Assembly (NCBI GenBank): GCA_051382335.1
Contig: JBBCAX010000250.1
Coordinates: 1-64,000 of the forward strand
Length of the DNA: 64,000 bases
Source of the DNA: Deltaproteobacteria bacterium TL4
Lineage (GTDB): Bacteria > SAR324 > NAC60-12
Direction: 5' to 3'
The position numbers and the translations under genes were made by a program. Each line of letters begins with the position of its first letter. Position 1 is the first letter of the stretch. Below the pieces are notes generated by a model that was given only the letters and a program-made list of their open reading frames with translations, was not told the origin of the DNA and did no database searches. Below, one piece after another: positions 29,529 through 39,836 of the stretch.

Positions 29529-31051
29529 TCCAAAAACTCAATGAGAGTTTTCGCTTATCCCGCTTTGCCAAAGGCTGGCTGGGTTTTTCCTGTCTGCTCC
29601 TGGGCTTTTATCTGGGTGCACTGGGAATCAATCTTTGGTTTCAACCGGAGGCGTTTCATCGACTCCTGAACCTGGATCCTGCTGTGGTTTATCAAGTGGT
29701 CACCGCCTTGAGCCGATCTTCAGGACAATTTTTGGGGATTGCCTTAACCTGTCTTGGCGTCGCGCTGCCGGTCACCGCTAACCTGTACACTCCGCGCCTC
29801 GTTCAACTGTTTCTTACGGATCGTTTTAATGTGGGCATGTTGGGATTAATTCTCCTGACCCTGGTTCATAACATCTGGACCCATTATGGCTTGCGTCATA
29901 GTGCTTCCTTAGACTTTGATTTATATGTAACTCTGGTACTTTTTTTCCTGACCTTAAGTCTGCTTTTGATCTACTTTGGACATATGTCTCAATATTTCAA
30001 TCCTTCATTTCTGATATTCCGCCTGGAACACAATATTGATGTCGCTCTGGATCAAATTCATCAAGGGTCCGTTTTTCAGAGTAAACAACGAAGTAAAATT
30101 CTGGTGGAGTTAAACAATATGGCCAAAATGATTCTCAAGTCGATTGACCATTCGGATCGAGAAGTCGCTCTGGAAGGCATTTACGCACTCAAACGGCTAT
30201 TGGATCATTATGTTCATTTAAAAGCGACAATGCCAAAGGCCTGGATGGAACTGGATTATTCTTATTTTACCGGCTTATCTTCCGAAGGCTTGACCGAAAT
30301 CAATATCCGAAAAATTTGGTTTGAACTCCTGATTCTGAAATATCTTTCTCAAGCCTTTAATAGCTGCTTGAATGTTCACCCTGATTTAGCCTCCGCCATC
30401 GCGGAACAAAACCAGTATATTGGACTCAACTATCTCATGTGCCAGGATTCAGAGGTTGTTCATCTGTGTATTCGCTCCTTCAATACCTATTTGAGCAGCA
30501 CCATGGAGCAAAACGATCTCGCCTCCATGAACAATGTGTGGTATCAATATGGCCGATTTTCGGAAGTTCTGATGAATTTTGACCAAACCGCATTGCGGGA
30601 AGTGATCCGTCACATACGCTATTTCATCAACCAGGGAAAACAAAAACAAATCATACATAAGATGTTTGATTCTCTGCTGAAGTTTCTGTTGCTCTTAATC
30701 CAGATTACCCATCAAAGTCAATACACCACAACCTACCATTATCTGTGTGAAACTCTTCATTCCATTGCCATGCCCTCGGATTTTCGGGATTTAAACGCCG
30801 TCATCATGGGTAAATTAATTTACGCCGGATTTTTGCTGAAAGTTGACGATCAACAACGTTTTGAGGCACTGTGGCCTCAATTGCTTGAAATCGCTCCTGA
30901 TCGACTCCCGATGTACTATCAGGAACTGATTGTCATCAACGCCAGAATGCAAAATGAAATGACAGCGCAAGTCTTGAATCACTTTTACCTTTCAGACAAA
31001 GATCAGGTGCATGTCAAAGAAATTTTCCGGCGTCTTGGCTTCTTTTTGTAA
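29513..31051 (+). CDS. DUF2254-like membrane protein (tandem paralog)
   Basis: ALPVTANLYTPRLVQLF, DREVALEGI and IWFEL are shared with the upstream gene; ATGA overlap at 29525-29528. Confidence 0.65.
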   Translation: MSSTMIQKLNESFRLSRFAKGWLGFSCLLLGFYLGALGINLWFQPEAFHRLLNLDPAVVYQVVTALSRSSGQFLGIALTCLGVALPVTANLYTPRLVQLFLTDRFNVGMLGLILLTLVHNIWTHYGLRHSASLDFDLYVTLVLFFLTLSLLLIYFGHMSQYFNPSFLIFRLEHNIDVALDQIHQGSVFQSKQRSKILVELNNMAKMILKSIDHSDREVALEGIYALKRLLDHYVHLKATMPKAWMELDYSYFTGLSSEGLTEINIRKIWFELLILKYLSQAFNSCLNVHPDLASAIAEQNQYIGLNYLMCQDSEVVHLCIRSFNTYLSSTMEQNDLASMNNVWYQYGRFSEVLMNFDQTALREVIRHIRYFINQGKQKQIIHKMFDSLLKFLLLLIQITHQSQYTTTYHYLCETLHSIAMPSDFRDLNAVIMGKLIYAGFLLKVDDQQRFEALWPQLLEIAPDRLPMYYQELIVINARMQNEMTAQVLNHFYLSDKDQVHVKEIFRRLGFFL

Positions 31052-31260
31052 TCCCCATGGAACAAGTTCGAGTAAGCCTCGTTCCTCGGCAGGTATTAAG
31101 TGACATTTCAGCCCTATGGCGTAATATCCCATCCATCCCTGGATAGTCGCTCTCAGGGATTTCAGACGACTTGGAAATCTTGATCCAAATGGGCAGAACA
31201 CGGTGAAGGGCTAAACGTAGAAAGGAAGGCTAGGACCTTGATTCTTTTCGCCATGATTTT

Positions 31261-32049
31261 TTAATTTGCTAACCACTTTTTATTAATCTTTTCAAAGACA
31301 CCATTATGTATAATTATTTCCCTTCCACGGTCAAAGTCTTCAATGAACATCTTTACTTGAGGATGTTTTTTTAAGCCTATCAAAAATTCCTCAGAATAAT
31401 CAAAGGAGGGTAATTTCTTTATTTTGTGAGCAATCCCTGCCTTTTTTAATTCATAATCAAAAGTAATTTCATAACCAACTACTCCATCTAAACGGTGGTT
31501 TTCAAGCATCATTAGTGCACTGACAACCTTGAATGTTGGATATTTATCGATAAAATCAGCAGCATCCCACTTTTGTCCAAAGGACCATTCATTCATCGTC
31601 CCAATACGGAATCCCTTAAGTGATTCTAAACCCTTCCATTTAAAGTTAGAATCAGATCTGACATAAATAAGAAAATTTTGACGATCTGTTGAAAATTCAG
31701 AATAATGAAACTTCTCTAATCTTTCTTTCGTTTTTGTGGCCGGAAAAATTAAATCGGCATCTCCAGATTCAACAAATAACATGGCTCTAGCCCAAGGAGC
31801 TAATATCAGATGGATTGTGTATCCTACTGCATGATAACTCTCTCGAACTACGTCCCAGCTATATCCTTTGAAGGTTATAGCATCTTCACCTGGCGGAATT
31901 ATTCTCTTCAACTTTTTCGATGCGACCTCATCTCTAAAACAAAAAGGAGGATAATCATCCAAGGTGGTGAGTTTTATAATCTTTTCGGCAGACCCTCCAA
32001 AAGAACCACAAAACAATAATAATCCTATGATAATTGACTTTTTATACAT
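31261..32049 (-). CDS. Periplasmic substrate-binding protein (family 3-like)
   Basis: Signal peptide, DDYPPF, PWARA, KTKER and RLDG motifs; visibly AT-rich. Confidence 0.85.
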   Translation of the reverse strand: MYKKSIIIGLLLFCGSFGGSAEKIIKLTTLDDYPPFCFRDEVASKKLKRIIPPGEDAITFKGYSWDVVRESYHAVGYTIHLILAPWARAMLFVESGDADLIFPATKTKERLEKFHYSEFSTDRQNFLIYVRSDSNFKWKGLESLKGFRIGTMNEWSFGQKWDAADFIDKYPTFKVVSALMMLENHRLDGVVGYEITFDYELKKAGIAHKIKKLPSFDYSEEFLIGLKKHPQVKMFIEDFDRGREIIIHNGVFEKINKKWLAN

Positions 32050-32246
32050 ATTTCCTGCTATCTGCGACGTTGTTTTTCCCTATATTTTCTAACTTTGATG
32101 ACTGAAGACGCTCGTAATAAACTGCCAGGCAATGACCGTGGCATACGACACGTACCATAAATCGATATGCTCCTCAACTGTTCGCAAGGTCAACTTGAAC
32201 ATAAATTGAGGGGTTTGCCGAAACAAAAGATGAAGTGTGAGTCATC

Positions 32247-32936
32247 TCATCGAGTCACACCAAACCACATTCCGACCGCCGCAGTTAAACCCATTGCCAA
32301 CGCACCCCAAAAAGTAACGCGGGCCGCACCGAAAGCGACTGACGCACCGCCTGCATGTGCCGCAAGACCACCTAAAACCGCCAGGAATATTAATGATAGG
32401 ATGGCAACCAGGGGTATTAGTTGCGTGCCTGGAACGATCCATGCGACCAATAGTGGCAATGCGGCACCAACGGTGAACGTAGCGGAAGAGGAAAAGGCAG
32501 CTTGAATAGGTCGTGCTCTTACGCTTTCAAATATCCCCAATTCATCTCTGGCGTGCGCGCCCAGGGCATCGTGAGCCATGAGCTGTGTTGCTACCAGTTT
32601 TGCCAGATTTGAATCAAGTCCTCTTTCTTCATAAAGCGCGGCAAGTTCCAGTTGCTCAAATTCATTATCATGTTTCAAAGATTTTTTCTCAAGTTCCAGA
32701 TCTGCATTTTCAGTATCGGCTTGAGAACTAACCGAAACATACTCACCTGCGGCCATTGACATAGCGCCGGCAACCAAGCCTGCGACACCAGCGAGAAGGA
32801 TATCGACGTGCGCTGTCTGTGCGCTAGCTACGCCGATAATAAGACTCGCTGTTGAAACAATCCCGTCATTTGCGCCCAGTACTGCGGCACGAAGCCAGCC
32901 TATACGATGCGACTTATGGACTTCATGATGAGTCAT
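32247..32936 (-). CDS. VIT1/CCC1 family Fe/Mn transporter
   Basis: WLRAAVLGANDGIVS, AGAMSMAAGEYVSV and HARDELG motifs. Confidence 0.95.
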   Translation of the reverse strand: MTHHEVHKSHRIGWLRAAVLGANDGIVSTASLIIGVASAQTAHVDILLAGVAGLVAGAMSMAAGEYVSVSSQADTENADLELEKKSLKHDNEFEQLELAALYEERGLDSNLAKLVATQLMAHDALGAHARDELGIFESVRARPIQAAFSSSATFTVGAALPLLVAWIVPGTQLIPLVAILSLIFLAVLGGLAAHAGGASVAFGAARVTFWGALAMGLTAAVGMWFGVTR

Positions 32937-33012
32937 AATCTTCCCCAGATTTAATGATTGAGACTAACGTCTGAATGAACGGTTTTTGACCACGCTGTTG
33001 AACAGGGAAACC

Positions 33013-33849
33013 CTACTTTTCAATTAAACGGAGACCCTCCTTTTCGATGGTGAGGATCCTCTGCTTGTACAAGCAACCAATGGCTTTTTTGAAGGAGCTT
33101 TTGCTCATACCCAATAATTCTGAAATTAATTGAGGATCCGACTTATCATGCACCGGGGCAAATCCCTGATTATTTTTTAAGTAGTTTTCAATAATGTCGG
33201 CATATTTATCGCGGGTTTCCTGACCGCCTTGAAGACTTAAATCAATTTTCCCATCCGTGCGAATATTTTTAATATAACCTTTAAGAGGCTCACCGAAACT
33301 TATGCGTTGAAAGACCTCGTTTTTATAGAGTATGCCCCAATGACTGTGGTTGATAATGGCTCGATAACCCAGTTCAGTACTATTGGCAATAATCAGATTT
33401 ACAGCTTGGAGCGGTTTAAAGTCATGAGGTTTTTCGTCGTCAATAAACTTATCAATTTTAGAGGACGCGGTAATCCGACCATCCACCTTATTGAGATATA
33501 AGTACACCAAATAAGACCGCCCAATTTCCATGGGTTTGCGCTGTTCAGCAAAAGGCACTAAGAGGTCTTTATCCAGGCCCCAATCTAAAAAAACGCCAAC
33601 AGGGGTAATGGACGACACGCTTAAATAGGCAAACTCTCCCACTTGAGCCTTGGGTTTTTGAGTGGTTGCGAGGGGGCGATCTTCTGAATCAAAATAAAGA
33701 AACACCTTAAGGAAATCGCCCTGAGACACCTCCTCCGGTTTATATTTACGAGGCAATAAGACCTCGCCTAGTTCCTGGGCATCTAAATAAACGCCAAAAT
33801 CCACAATTTTTACCACTTCCAATTCACAAGTCTGGCCGATACGAATCAT
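33013..33849 (-). CDS. CvfB-family S1 RNA-binding protein
   Basis: DFGVYLD, DSEDR, FLDWGLDKDLLVP, DGKIDLSL and SKSSFKKAIG.LYK motifs. Confidence 0.9.
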   Translation of the reverse strand: MIRIGQTCELEVVKIVDFGVYLDAQELGEVLLPRKYKPEEVSQGDFLKVFLYFDSEDRPLATTQKPKAQVGEFAYLSVSSITPVGVFLDWGLDKDLLVPFAEQRKPMEIGRSYLVYLYLNKVDGRITASSKIDKFIDDEKPHDFKPLQAVNLIIANSTELGYRAIINHSHWGILYKNEVFQRISFGEPLKGYIKNIRTDGKIDLSLQGGQETRDKYADIIENYLKNNQGFAPVHDKSDPQLISELLGMSKSSFKKAIGCLYKQRILTIEKEGLRLIEK

Positions 33850-33889
33850 TTATTTACCTTTTAAAGTACAGGTTCCTTTGTGTGTTTTG

Positions 33890-34111
33890 TCACGCACCGA
33901 CCTCTTTTTGCATGACGATGTATAAATCCTCGACTTTTTTTCTGGCCCAAGGGGTCGCTCTCAGAAATTTCAGGCTGGACTTAATTGACGGGGTACTGTT
34001 GAAACATCGGATGTCGATGTGTTTGCCCAGTTCGTTCCAGCCATAGTGCTCAACCAGGACATTCACAGCCTGTTCCAGGGTAACGCCGTGCAGGGTATTG
34101 ACTTGTCGCAT
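33890..34111 (-). CDS. VF530/DUF2132 family small DNA-binding protein
   Basis: [39 protein letters not shown]. Confidence 0.9.
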   Translation of the reverse strand: MRQVNTLHGVTLEQAVNVLVEHYGWNELGKHIDIRCFNSTPSIKSSLKFLRATPWARKKVEDLYIVMQKEVGA

Positions 34112-34254
34112 AACCAGACTTTGTCCTTCTTGGTGAAATTGTTTTTACGCCTAACTGAACATCAGTAGACTTGACAAGCTACGCTGAATTTGGAAAAAAG
34201 CAATATGCTTACAATTTGTTGGTGAATTATTGACTCCGTCTTTTTGTTGACCTG

Positions 34255-35622
34255 ATGATGAAATTAAACAAGGAAGTTATTCAAATCGCAAAAGCTTTTT
34301 CAGAAGTCGGAGGTAAAGCGATTCTGGTGGGAGGCAGTGTCCGTGATCATTTTCTGGAGGGACACCTGGCCAAAGACTTGGATATCGAAGTTTATCACCT
34401 TTCCCTGGAACAATTGGAATCGGTTCTCGCGCAATTTGGGAAAGTGTATGCGGTAGGAAAAAGTTTTGGTGTTCTCAAACTTTCAACAAAAGTAGCGGAC
34501 TATGATGTGAGTTTTCCCCGACGCGAAAATAAAATCGGAAAAGGACACAAGGGCTTTATTGTTGAAACGGATTCCCAAATGACCTTTGAGGAAGCAGCCT
34601 CCCGCAGAGATTTCACCATCAACGCCATGGGTTACGATATTCTGGAAGAAAAACTCCTTGATCCTTTTAAGGGGCAAAGCGACCTGAAACACAAAATACT
34701 AAGGCATATCGGCCCGTCCTTTTCTGAGGATCCCTTAAGAGTGTTGAGAGCCATGCAGTTTGCGGGTCGTTTCGAATTAAACGTCGCGCCTGAAACCATT
34801 GAATTAGCGCAACAGTTGGAATTGTCGGAACTGGCGTGTGAACGGATTTTTGAAGAGTTCAAAAAGTTGCTGTTGAAGGCAAAACGTCCTTCTTTGGGTT
34901 TGGAAGCCGCCAAACGAATGAATGTGCTGGATTATTTTCCCGAACTTAAAGCGCTCGTTGGTGTTCCTCAAGACCCCGAATGGCATCCAGAAGGGGATGT
35001 CTGGCAGCACAACCAATTGGTTATTGACGAAGCGGCTCTTTTGCGTCAGAACGATGAAAAGAAGGATTTGGCGATGATGTTCGGTGCCTTGTGTCATGAT
35101 TTTGGCAAGCCTGGCACCACCGAGTTTATGGAGGGACGCTGGAGGAGCTATAAACATGAGTTGCTAGGTCAGGAACCTGCGGAGCTCTTTCTGAGACGTT
35201 TGACCAAGGAACAGGAATTGATTGAATTGGTAAAAATCTATGTTACCGAACACCTAAAACCGGCACATTTATTTAAAGACAAGGAAAACGTCAAAGATGG
35301 CACCATTCGACGTTTATCACTGAAAGTTTCAATCGCTGATCTCCTCCAGGTCGCTCAGGCCGATCACTTCGGGCGGACAACCTCTGATGCGCTTGCCCGT
35401 TCTTTTCCCGCAGGAGCATGGCTTCGTGCCAGAGCCGAGGCCTTGAAAGTTCAAGATTCCGCACCGAAGCCTTTCTTAAGGGGACGACATCTCCTGGAAC
35501 TGGGAATGAAACCTGGTCCGCAGATGGGGCAGTTGCTCAAGGAGGCGTTTGAGCAGCAACTTGAAGGACAACTTAATTCTTTAGAACAAGCCCTTACGTG
35601 GGCCAAAGAAATCTTAATTTAA
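34255..35622 (+). CDS. cca: tRNA nucleotidyltransferase (class II) with HD domain
   Basis: VGGSVRD, DLDIE, RRDFTINAM, EDPLRVLR, WHPEGDVW.H and LCHDFGK motifs. Confidence 0.9.
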   Translation: MMKLNKEVIQIAKAFSEVGGKAILVGGSVRDHFLEGHLAKDLDIEVYHLSLEQLESVLAQFGKVYAVGKSFGVLKLSTKVADYDVSFPRRENKIGKGHKGFIVETDSQMTFEEAASRRDFTINAMGYDILEEKLLDPFKGQSDLKHKILRHIGPSFSEDPLRVLRAMQFAGRFELNVAPETIELAQQLELSELACERIFEEFKKLLLKAKRPSLGLEAAKRMNVLDYFPELKALVGVPQDPEWHPEGDVWQHNQLVIDEAALLRQNDEKKDLAMMFGALCHDFGKPGTTEFMEGRWRSYKHELLGQEPAELFLRRLTKEQELIELVKIYVTEHLKPAHLFKDKENVKDGTIRRLSLKVSIADLLQVAQADHFGRTTSDALARSFPAGAWLRARAEALKVQDSAPKPFLRGRHLLELGMKPGPQMGQLLKEAFEQQLEGQLNSLEQALTWAKEILI

Positions 35623-35649
35623 AAATAAACGGTCAGGACCTATTCGATA

Positions 35650-35768
35650 GTAGGGGCGAACCTGTGTGTTCGCCCTGATCCCGGGCAGACACTACGGGAT
35701 AAAACACAAATCAGGTGGAACATCAAAGATCAAATTTTTGACACAGGGCCAAAAATGTGACCAACCCC
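35650..35768 (-). mobile_element. Degenerate partial inverted copy of the 160-bp MITE family
   Basis: GTAGGGGCGAACCTGTGTGTTCGCCC..GGCCAAAAATGTGACCAACCCC is the reverse complement of the left part of 62104-62263; lies between convergent genes. Confidence 0.8.
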
Positions 35769-35773
35769 GTTTT

Positions 35774-38656
35774 TCAACGGTTCCTTTTTGCTTTTGCCAG
35801 TATCTGACTTACGGTACGACTGAGTTTTTTGAGTTCATAGGGTTTTGAAATAATCCCGTCACAGCCCCATTCTTCCAGATTTTCAGGTGTTTCCAGATTG
35901 GTATAGCCCGTAATCAGAAGAATCGGAATATCTGGACGAATCGCTTTCATCTTTTCCATCAGTTGGGGACCTGTCAGATGGGGCATGGAGTAATCGGTAA
36001 TCACCAACCTGAAATCTTGAGGATTGGCTTGAAAGGCCTCAAACGCTTCGAGACTGTCCGCAAAATGAGTCACTCGATAACCCAACCCGGTCAAAATGGT
36101 GGTTCCCATCTCATTAACCATTTTGTCATCATCAACCAACAAGATATGTTCATTTCCCGCGATGAAGGCGGACTTCGCCTCTTTTTGAGAAGGCGTTTCT
36201 TTCATTTTTAAAACGGGAAAGTAGACACGAAAAATGGTTCCCAGGCCAGGTGTGCTTTCGACTTCAATGTGTCCTTTGTGTTGTTTCACAACGCTGGAAA
36301 CGATGGAGAGTCCCAGGCCTGTGCCTCGCTGCGCCCCTTTTTCTTTGGTGGTGAAGAACGGCTCATAGATCCGTTCCAAAGTTGCTGAATCCATGCCGCA
36401 CCCATTATCTTGAACACTCAGGCAAAGCATTTCTTCTTCAGCGATTAACTCCTGTTTCTGAGAAAATTGATGAGATTTGAGCCGATTGAGTCTAATCCAT
36501 AACTCCCCCTTCCCCGGCATCGCCTGGACCGCATTGTTGCATAAGTTTAAAATCACTTGATAGATTTGAGAAGGATCCGCAGAAACAAGAGGCAGGTCGA
36601 AGTCGATCTCCTGGTGGATCTCAATGGTTGCGGGAATTGAGGCCAGAAGAACAGTCAACACCTCGTCTACGAGGTTTTTTAGCTGTACCGCTTCGGTGTT
36701 TCCCACGGAAGAACGGGTAATGATCAGAATTTTTTTCACCAAATCCTTAGCTCTATCCGCTGATTCCATAATGTTCCCTAAATACCTAAACTCCTTCCCC
36801 TTGGGATCTACAAGCGTTTGTGTCATTTCGGCATAACCGAGGATTGGAACTAACAGGTTGTTGAAGTCATGAGCAATGCCTCCTGCCAAGGTTCCAATGG
36901 CCTCCATTTTTTGAGATTGACGGAGTTGTTTTTCCAATTTATTACGTTCTGAAACATCCCGACCAATGGCTACCACGTATTTGGGATTCCCGTCTTCATC
37001 TTTCACAAGTTGAGCCCGATATTCAAAAGAGACAGAGCGTCCATCCTTACAAAGCTGATTCAGTGCCACCGTGATTTTTTTGCCCTGATTCAATTTCCCA
37101 AGTTCCTCAGCAATCCGTTTGATCTCTTCCTGACTATACCATGCCTTGACGGTTTTCATGGAGGCTATTTCTTCATGAGAATATCCCGTAATTTCACTTT
37201 GAGCGTTATTCCACCTAATCGGCTTTCCCGTATGGGGATCATACACATAAATGGTATCAGGGGAACTTTGTAAAATATTTTCACTAAACTCTTTTTCCGC
37301 TTTAAGTTCATTTTCTGCCTGCTTGCGTTTTGTAATGTCTTCCTGGATCGTGACCCAATGCTTCTTCCCCGCTATTTCCATAGCGCTCATCTGTGCGAAC
37401 GAGAGGAAGGGGGTTCCATCCTTTTTTTGATTGTGAATTTCTCCACGCCAGTATCCAGTTTTATGGATCTGCTCCATGATCATAGCGGTCGTTTGCTTTT
37501 TTTCTTCGGGAGTACCCGCATTCAGGAGGGAACAATGTTTCCCAATCAATTCGCCATCTTCGTATTGAAACATGGTGTCAAAGGCAGGGTTGGTGAAAAT
37601 AAGCAGCGCATTTTCGTCAAAAACATTAACCCCTTCTACCAGGTTGTTGAGTACTTGCTCCTGCATCTTGAGTCGTTCTTCCGCCCGCTTCCTGACATAG
37701 ATTTCATCCTGTAAACTCTCGGTTTTGATGGCGACCTGTTTTTTCAGAGAGAAAGTCCAAAGAATCAAAAGGATTCCAATCAATGCAAAGACAAGCATGA
37801 CTCCGATGATGTATTTCAAGACCTCCTTCAGTGATAAGCCTTTGGGTTCCAACGTTCCAAACCATTTATTGTAGAGTTGGTTGTATTGCCCCGTCGCCTT
37901 TAAAATACTCAGCCCAAAACTCAATTTTCCTAAAAGTTCCTGATTTCCTTTTTTCACCGCGAAACTGAACGGTCGGTTGTATTCTTCCACAATCAATGGA
38001 GACGGTTCCAGGTTGTTGAGATTCAGGTCTCTGATATGGATCAACCCCACAAGTTTAGGCATCAATGCCGCATCCACTTCTCCTGAGGACAGGAGTCTCA
38101 GGGCATCAGGTAAATTATCAATGAATTTCAAATCGATATATTTTATCATGCTGCTAGAGAGGAGATAGTCATGGGCCTGATCATGTTTCATCACAATGAC
38201 TTTTTTCCCTTTAAGATCCTCAATGGACTCAATGCTAATGTGATTTTTTCTGGTAAAGAAGGCATCATAGGCGATCGTGTGAGGTGTCGAAAAATCAAAA
38301 ATTTTATCCCTTTCTTTGGAGTATGCCATCATCGGCAGAAAATTGATGATTCCTGCCTTTAATGCCTTTTGGGCTTGGTCCCAACTATTTGCCGTAATTT
38401 CGAGGTTCAAGCCCATGACCTTTGCGACAGCTTTCGCCAAATCGAGGCTGAAACCGTCCGGATTTCCTTTCGCGTTTACAAAAGTGTAGGGATAATAATT
38501 ATCCACAATGATGGTTTTTACCAGACGGACTGGGAGTGATCCATTCTTTTCATCATCGGTGGGTTGGCTAAACAGGATTGAAGGAATAGAAAGGGTGAAG
38601 GCCGCCAGTAGAAAAACATATTTTCTGATGGCAATACGTTTCAACTTGGCTTTCAT
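35774..38656 (-). CDS. Hybrid sensor histidine kinase (periplasmic SBP, TM, 2 PAS, HisKA, HATPase, REC)
   Basis: LAGGIAHDFNNLL, NLCNNA, DNGCGM, EPFFTTK, GTGLGL and C-terminal REC (VDDD, TDYSMP, KPY); start taken at ATG 38656. Confidence 0.93.
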   Translation of the reverse strand: MKAKLKRIAIRKYVFLLAAFTLSIPSILFSQPTDDEKNGSLPVRLVKTIIVDNYYPYTFVNAKGNPDGFSLDLAKAVAKVMGLNLEITANSWDQAQKALKAGIINFLPMMAYSKERDKIFDFSTPHTIAYDAFFTRKNHISIESIEDLKGKKVIVMKHDQAHDYLLSSSMIKYIDLKFIDNLPDALRLLSSGEVDAALMPKLVGLIHIRDLNLNNLEPSPLIVEEYNRPFSFAVKKGNQELLGKLSFGLSILKATGQYNQLYNKWFGTLEPKGLSLKEVLKYIIGVMLVFALIGILLILWTFSLKKQVAIKTESLQDEIYVRKRAEERLKMQEQVLNNLVEGVNVFDENALLIFTNPAFDTMFQYEDGELIGKHCSLLNAGTPEEKKQTTAMIMEQIHKTGYWRGEIHNQKKDGTPFLSFAQMSAMEIAGKKHWVTIQEDITKRKQAENELKAEKEFSENILQSSPDTIYVYDPHTGKPIRWNNAQSEITGYSHEEIASMKTVKAWYSQEEIKRIAEELGKLNQGKKITVALNQLCKDGRSVSFEYRAQLVKDEDGNPKYVVAIGRDVSERNKLEKQLRQSQKMEAIGTLAGGIAHDFNNLLVPILGYAEMTQTLVDPKGKEFRYLGNIMESADRAKDLVKKILIITRSSVGNTEAVQLKNLVDEVLTVLLASIPATIEIHQEIDFDLPLVSADPSQIYQVILNLCNNAVQAMPGKGELWIRLNRLKSHQFSQKQELIAEEEMLCLSVQDNGCGMDSATLERIYEPFFTTKEKGAQRGTGLGLSIVSSVVKQHKGHIEVESTPGLGTIFRVYFPVLKMKETPSQKEAKSAFIAGNEHILLVDDDKMVNEMGTTILTGLGYRVTHFADSLEAFEAFQANPQDFRLVITDYSMPHLTGPQLMEKMKAIRPDIPILLITGYTNLETPENLEEWGCDGIISKPYELKKLSRTVSQILAKAKRNR

Positions 38657-38746
38657 GGAAAAATCCCCCAAAAATGGTTACGGTTGAAACCGACAGACAA
38701 GTTTTGTCAACGGACACTAGGTTAAGATGGCCACGAATCCGCAGGG

Positions 38747-38876
38747 AGCTAACCCACTTCAAGCGGGACAATATAGCTGTCCAGGAAAGTTTTTTCCCTG
38801 GGAGCGAGGGCATCTTGCCCTCACCGGAGGGCGGGACGCCCTCGCTCCCAGGACAAAACTTATCTTGAGCACTATA
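38747..38876. mobile_element. Composite of a single GGCTAC-family TIR and a 105-bp TATAG..CTATA-bounded palindromic element
   Basis: GCTAACCCACTTCAAGCGGGACAA matches the TIR of 19913-20046. Positions 38772-38876 form a long inverted repeat with core CTGGGAGCGAGGGC..GCCCTCGCTCCCAG. Confidence 0.65.
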
Positions 38877-38940
38877 CTCATTGTCATAACATATTAACAA
38901 AAACTGTCAATTGTGAGAACGATGTCAGGGAGAAAAGAGA

Positions 38941-39762
38941 ATGTTTGCGGTAACCCCAGATTTAGTATTAAAACCCGAGGACCTTCATTTGTGGTTAGCA
39001 TTTCCTGATGAAATCACAGACCCCTTGCTCTTGTCCAGATATAAGGAGTTGATGGCCCCTGAGGAAAAGGCGCAACATCAACGCTTTTATTTTGAAAAAG
39101 ATCGACATTTATATCTCCTTACCCGTGCCTTAATCAGAACCACTTTGTCCCGATATTTTCCTTTGAAGCCGGAGCAATGGATTTTTTCCAGAAATGCTTA
39201 CGGACGTTCCGAGATTGTTCGTGAGCCGGGAGTGCCTCATCTACGCTTTAATCTTTCACACACGGCGGGACTCGTTATTTGCGGCATCACCTTGAAACAG
39301 GATATTGGTGTTGACGTTGAAAATATTGAGCGGAACCACGAAATGGTTTCCATTGCGAACCGATACTTTTCAAAACAAGAGGTTCAGGAATTGTTGTCTT
39401 TACCCGCAGCAGAACAACCATCCCGTTTTTATGATTATTGGACACTCAAGGAGTCCTATATCAAGGCTCGTGGCATGGGCTTATCATTACCCCTGGAGCA
39501 GTTTTCTTTAAATATATCCAATCATCCCTCCTTAAGCATCTCCTTCGATCCCAGCTTAAAGGACGTCTCCAAACATTGGCAATTTTGGTTGATAAAACCA
39601 ACGCGACATCACAGAACCGCTCTTGCCCTGCGCAACGATACTGACTTGAGTTACAAACTGAGCATGAAAAAAGTGATTCCTTTTCTTGGGGAACAGCCCT
39701 TTCATTGTCCCATTCTAAAACAACCAACCCCACCGAACGCCAGTTTTGGAGGAAGCCTCTAA
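38941..39762 (+). CDS. Sfp-type 4'-phosphopantetheinyl transferase
   Basis: FNLSHT, IGVDVE and WTLKESYIKARGMGL motifs. Confidence 0.93.
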   Translation: MFAVTPDLVLKPEDLHLWLAFPDEITDPLLLSRYKELMAPEEKAQHQRFYFEKDRHLYLLTRALIRTTLSRYFPLKPEQWIFSRNAYGRSEIVREPGVPHLRFNLSHTAGLVICGITLKQDIGVDVENIERNHEMVSIANRYFSKQEVQELLSLPAAEQPSRFYDYWTLKESYIKARGMGLSLPLEQFSLNISNHPSLSISFDPSLKDVSKHWQFWLIKPTRHHRTALALRNDTDLSYKLSMKKVIPFLGEQPFHCPILKQPTPPNASFGGSL

Positions 39763-39836
39763 TTTTCAATCCTTGGATTTGACACGCTCACTATATTTTG
39801 TCACAAAATCTATAGTGGCAGATCCTGTTTGCTCAA

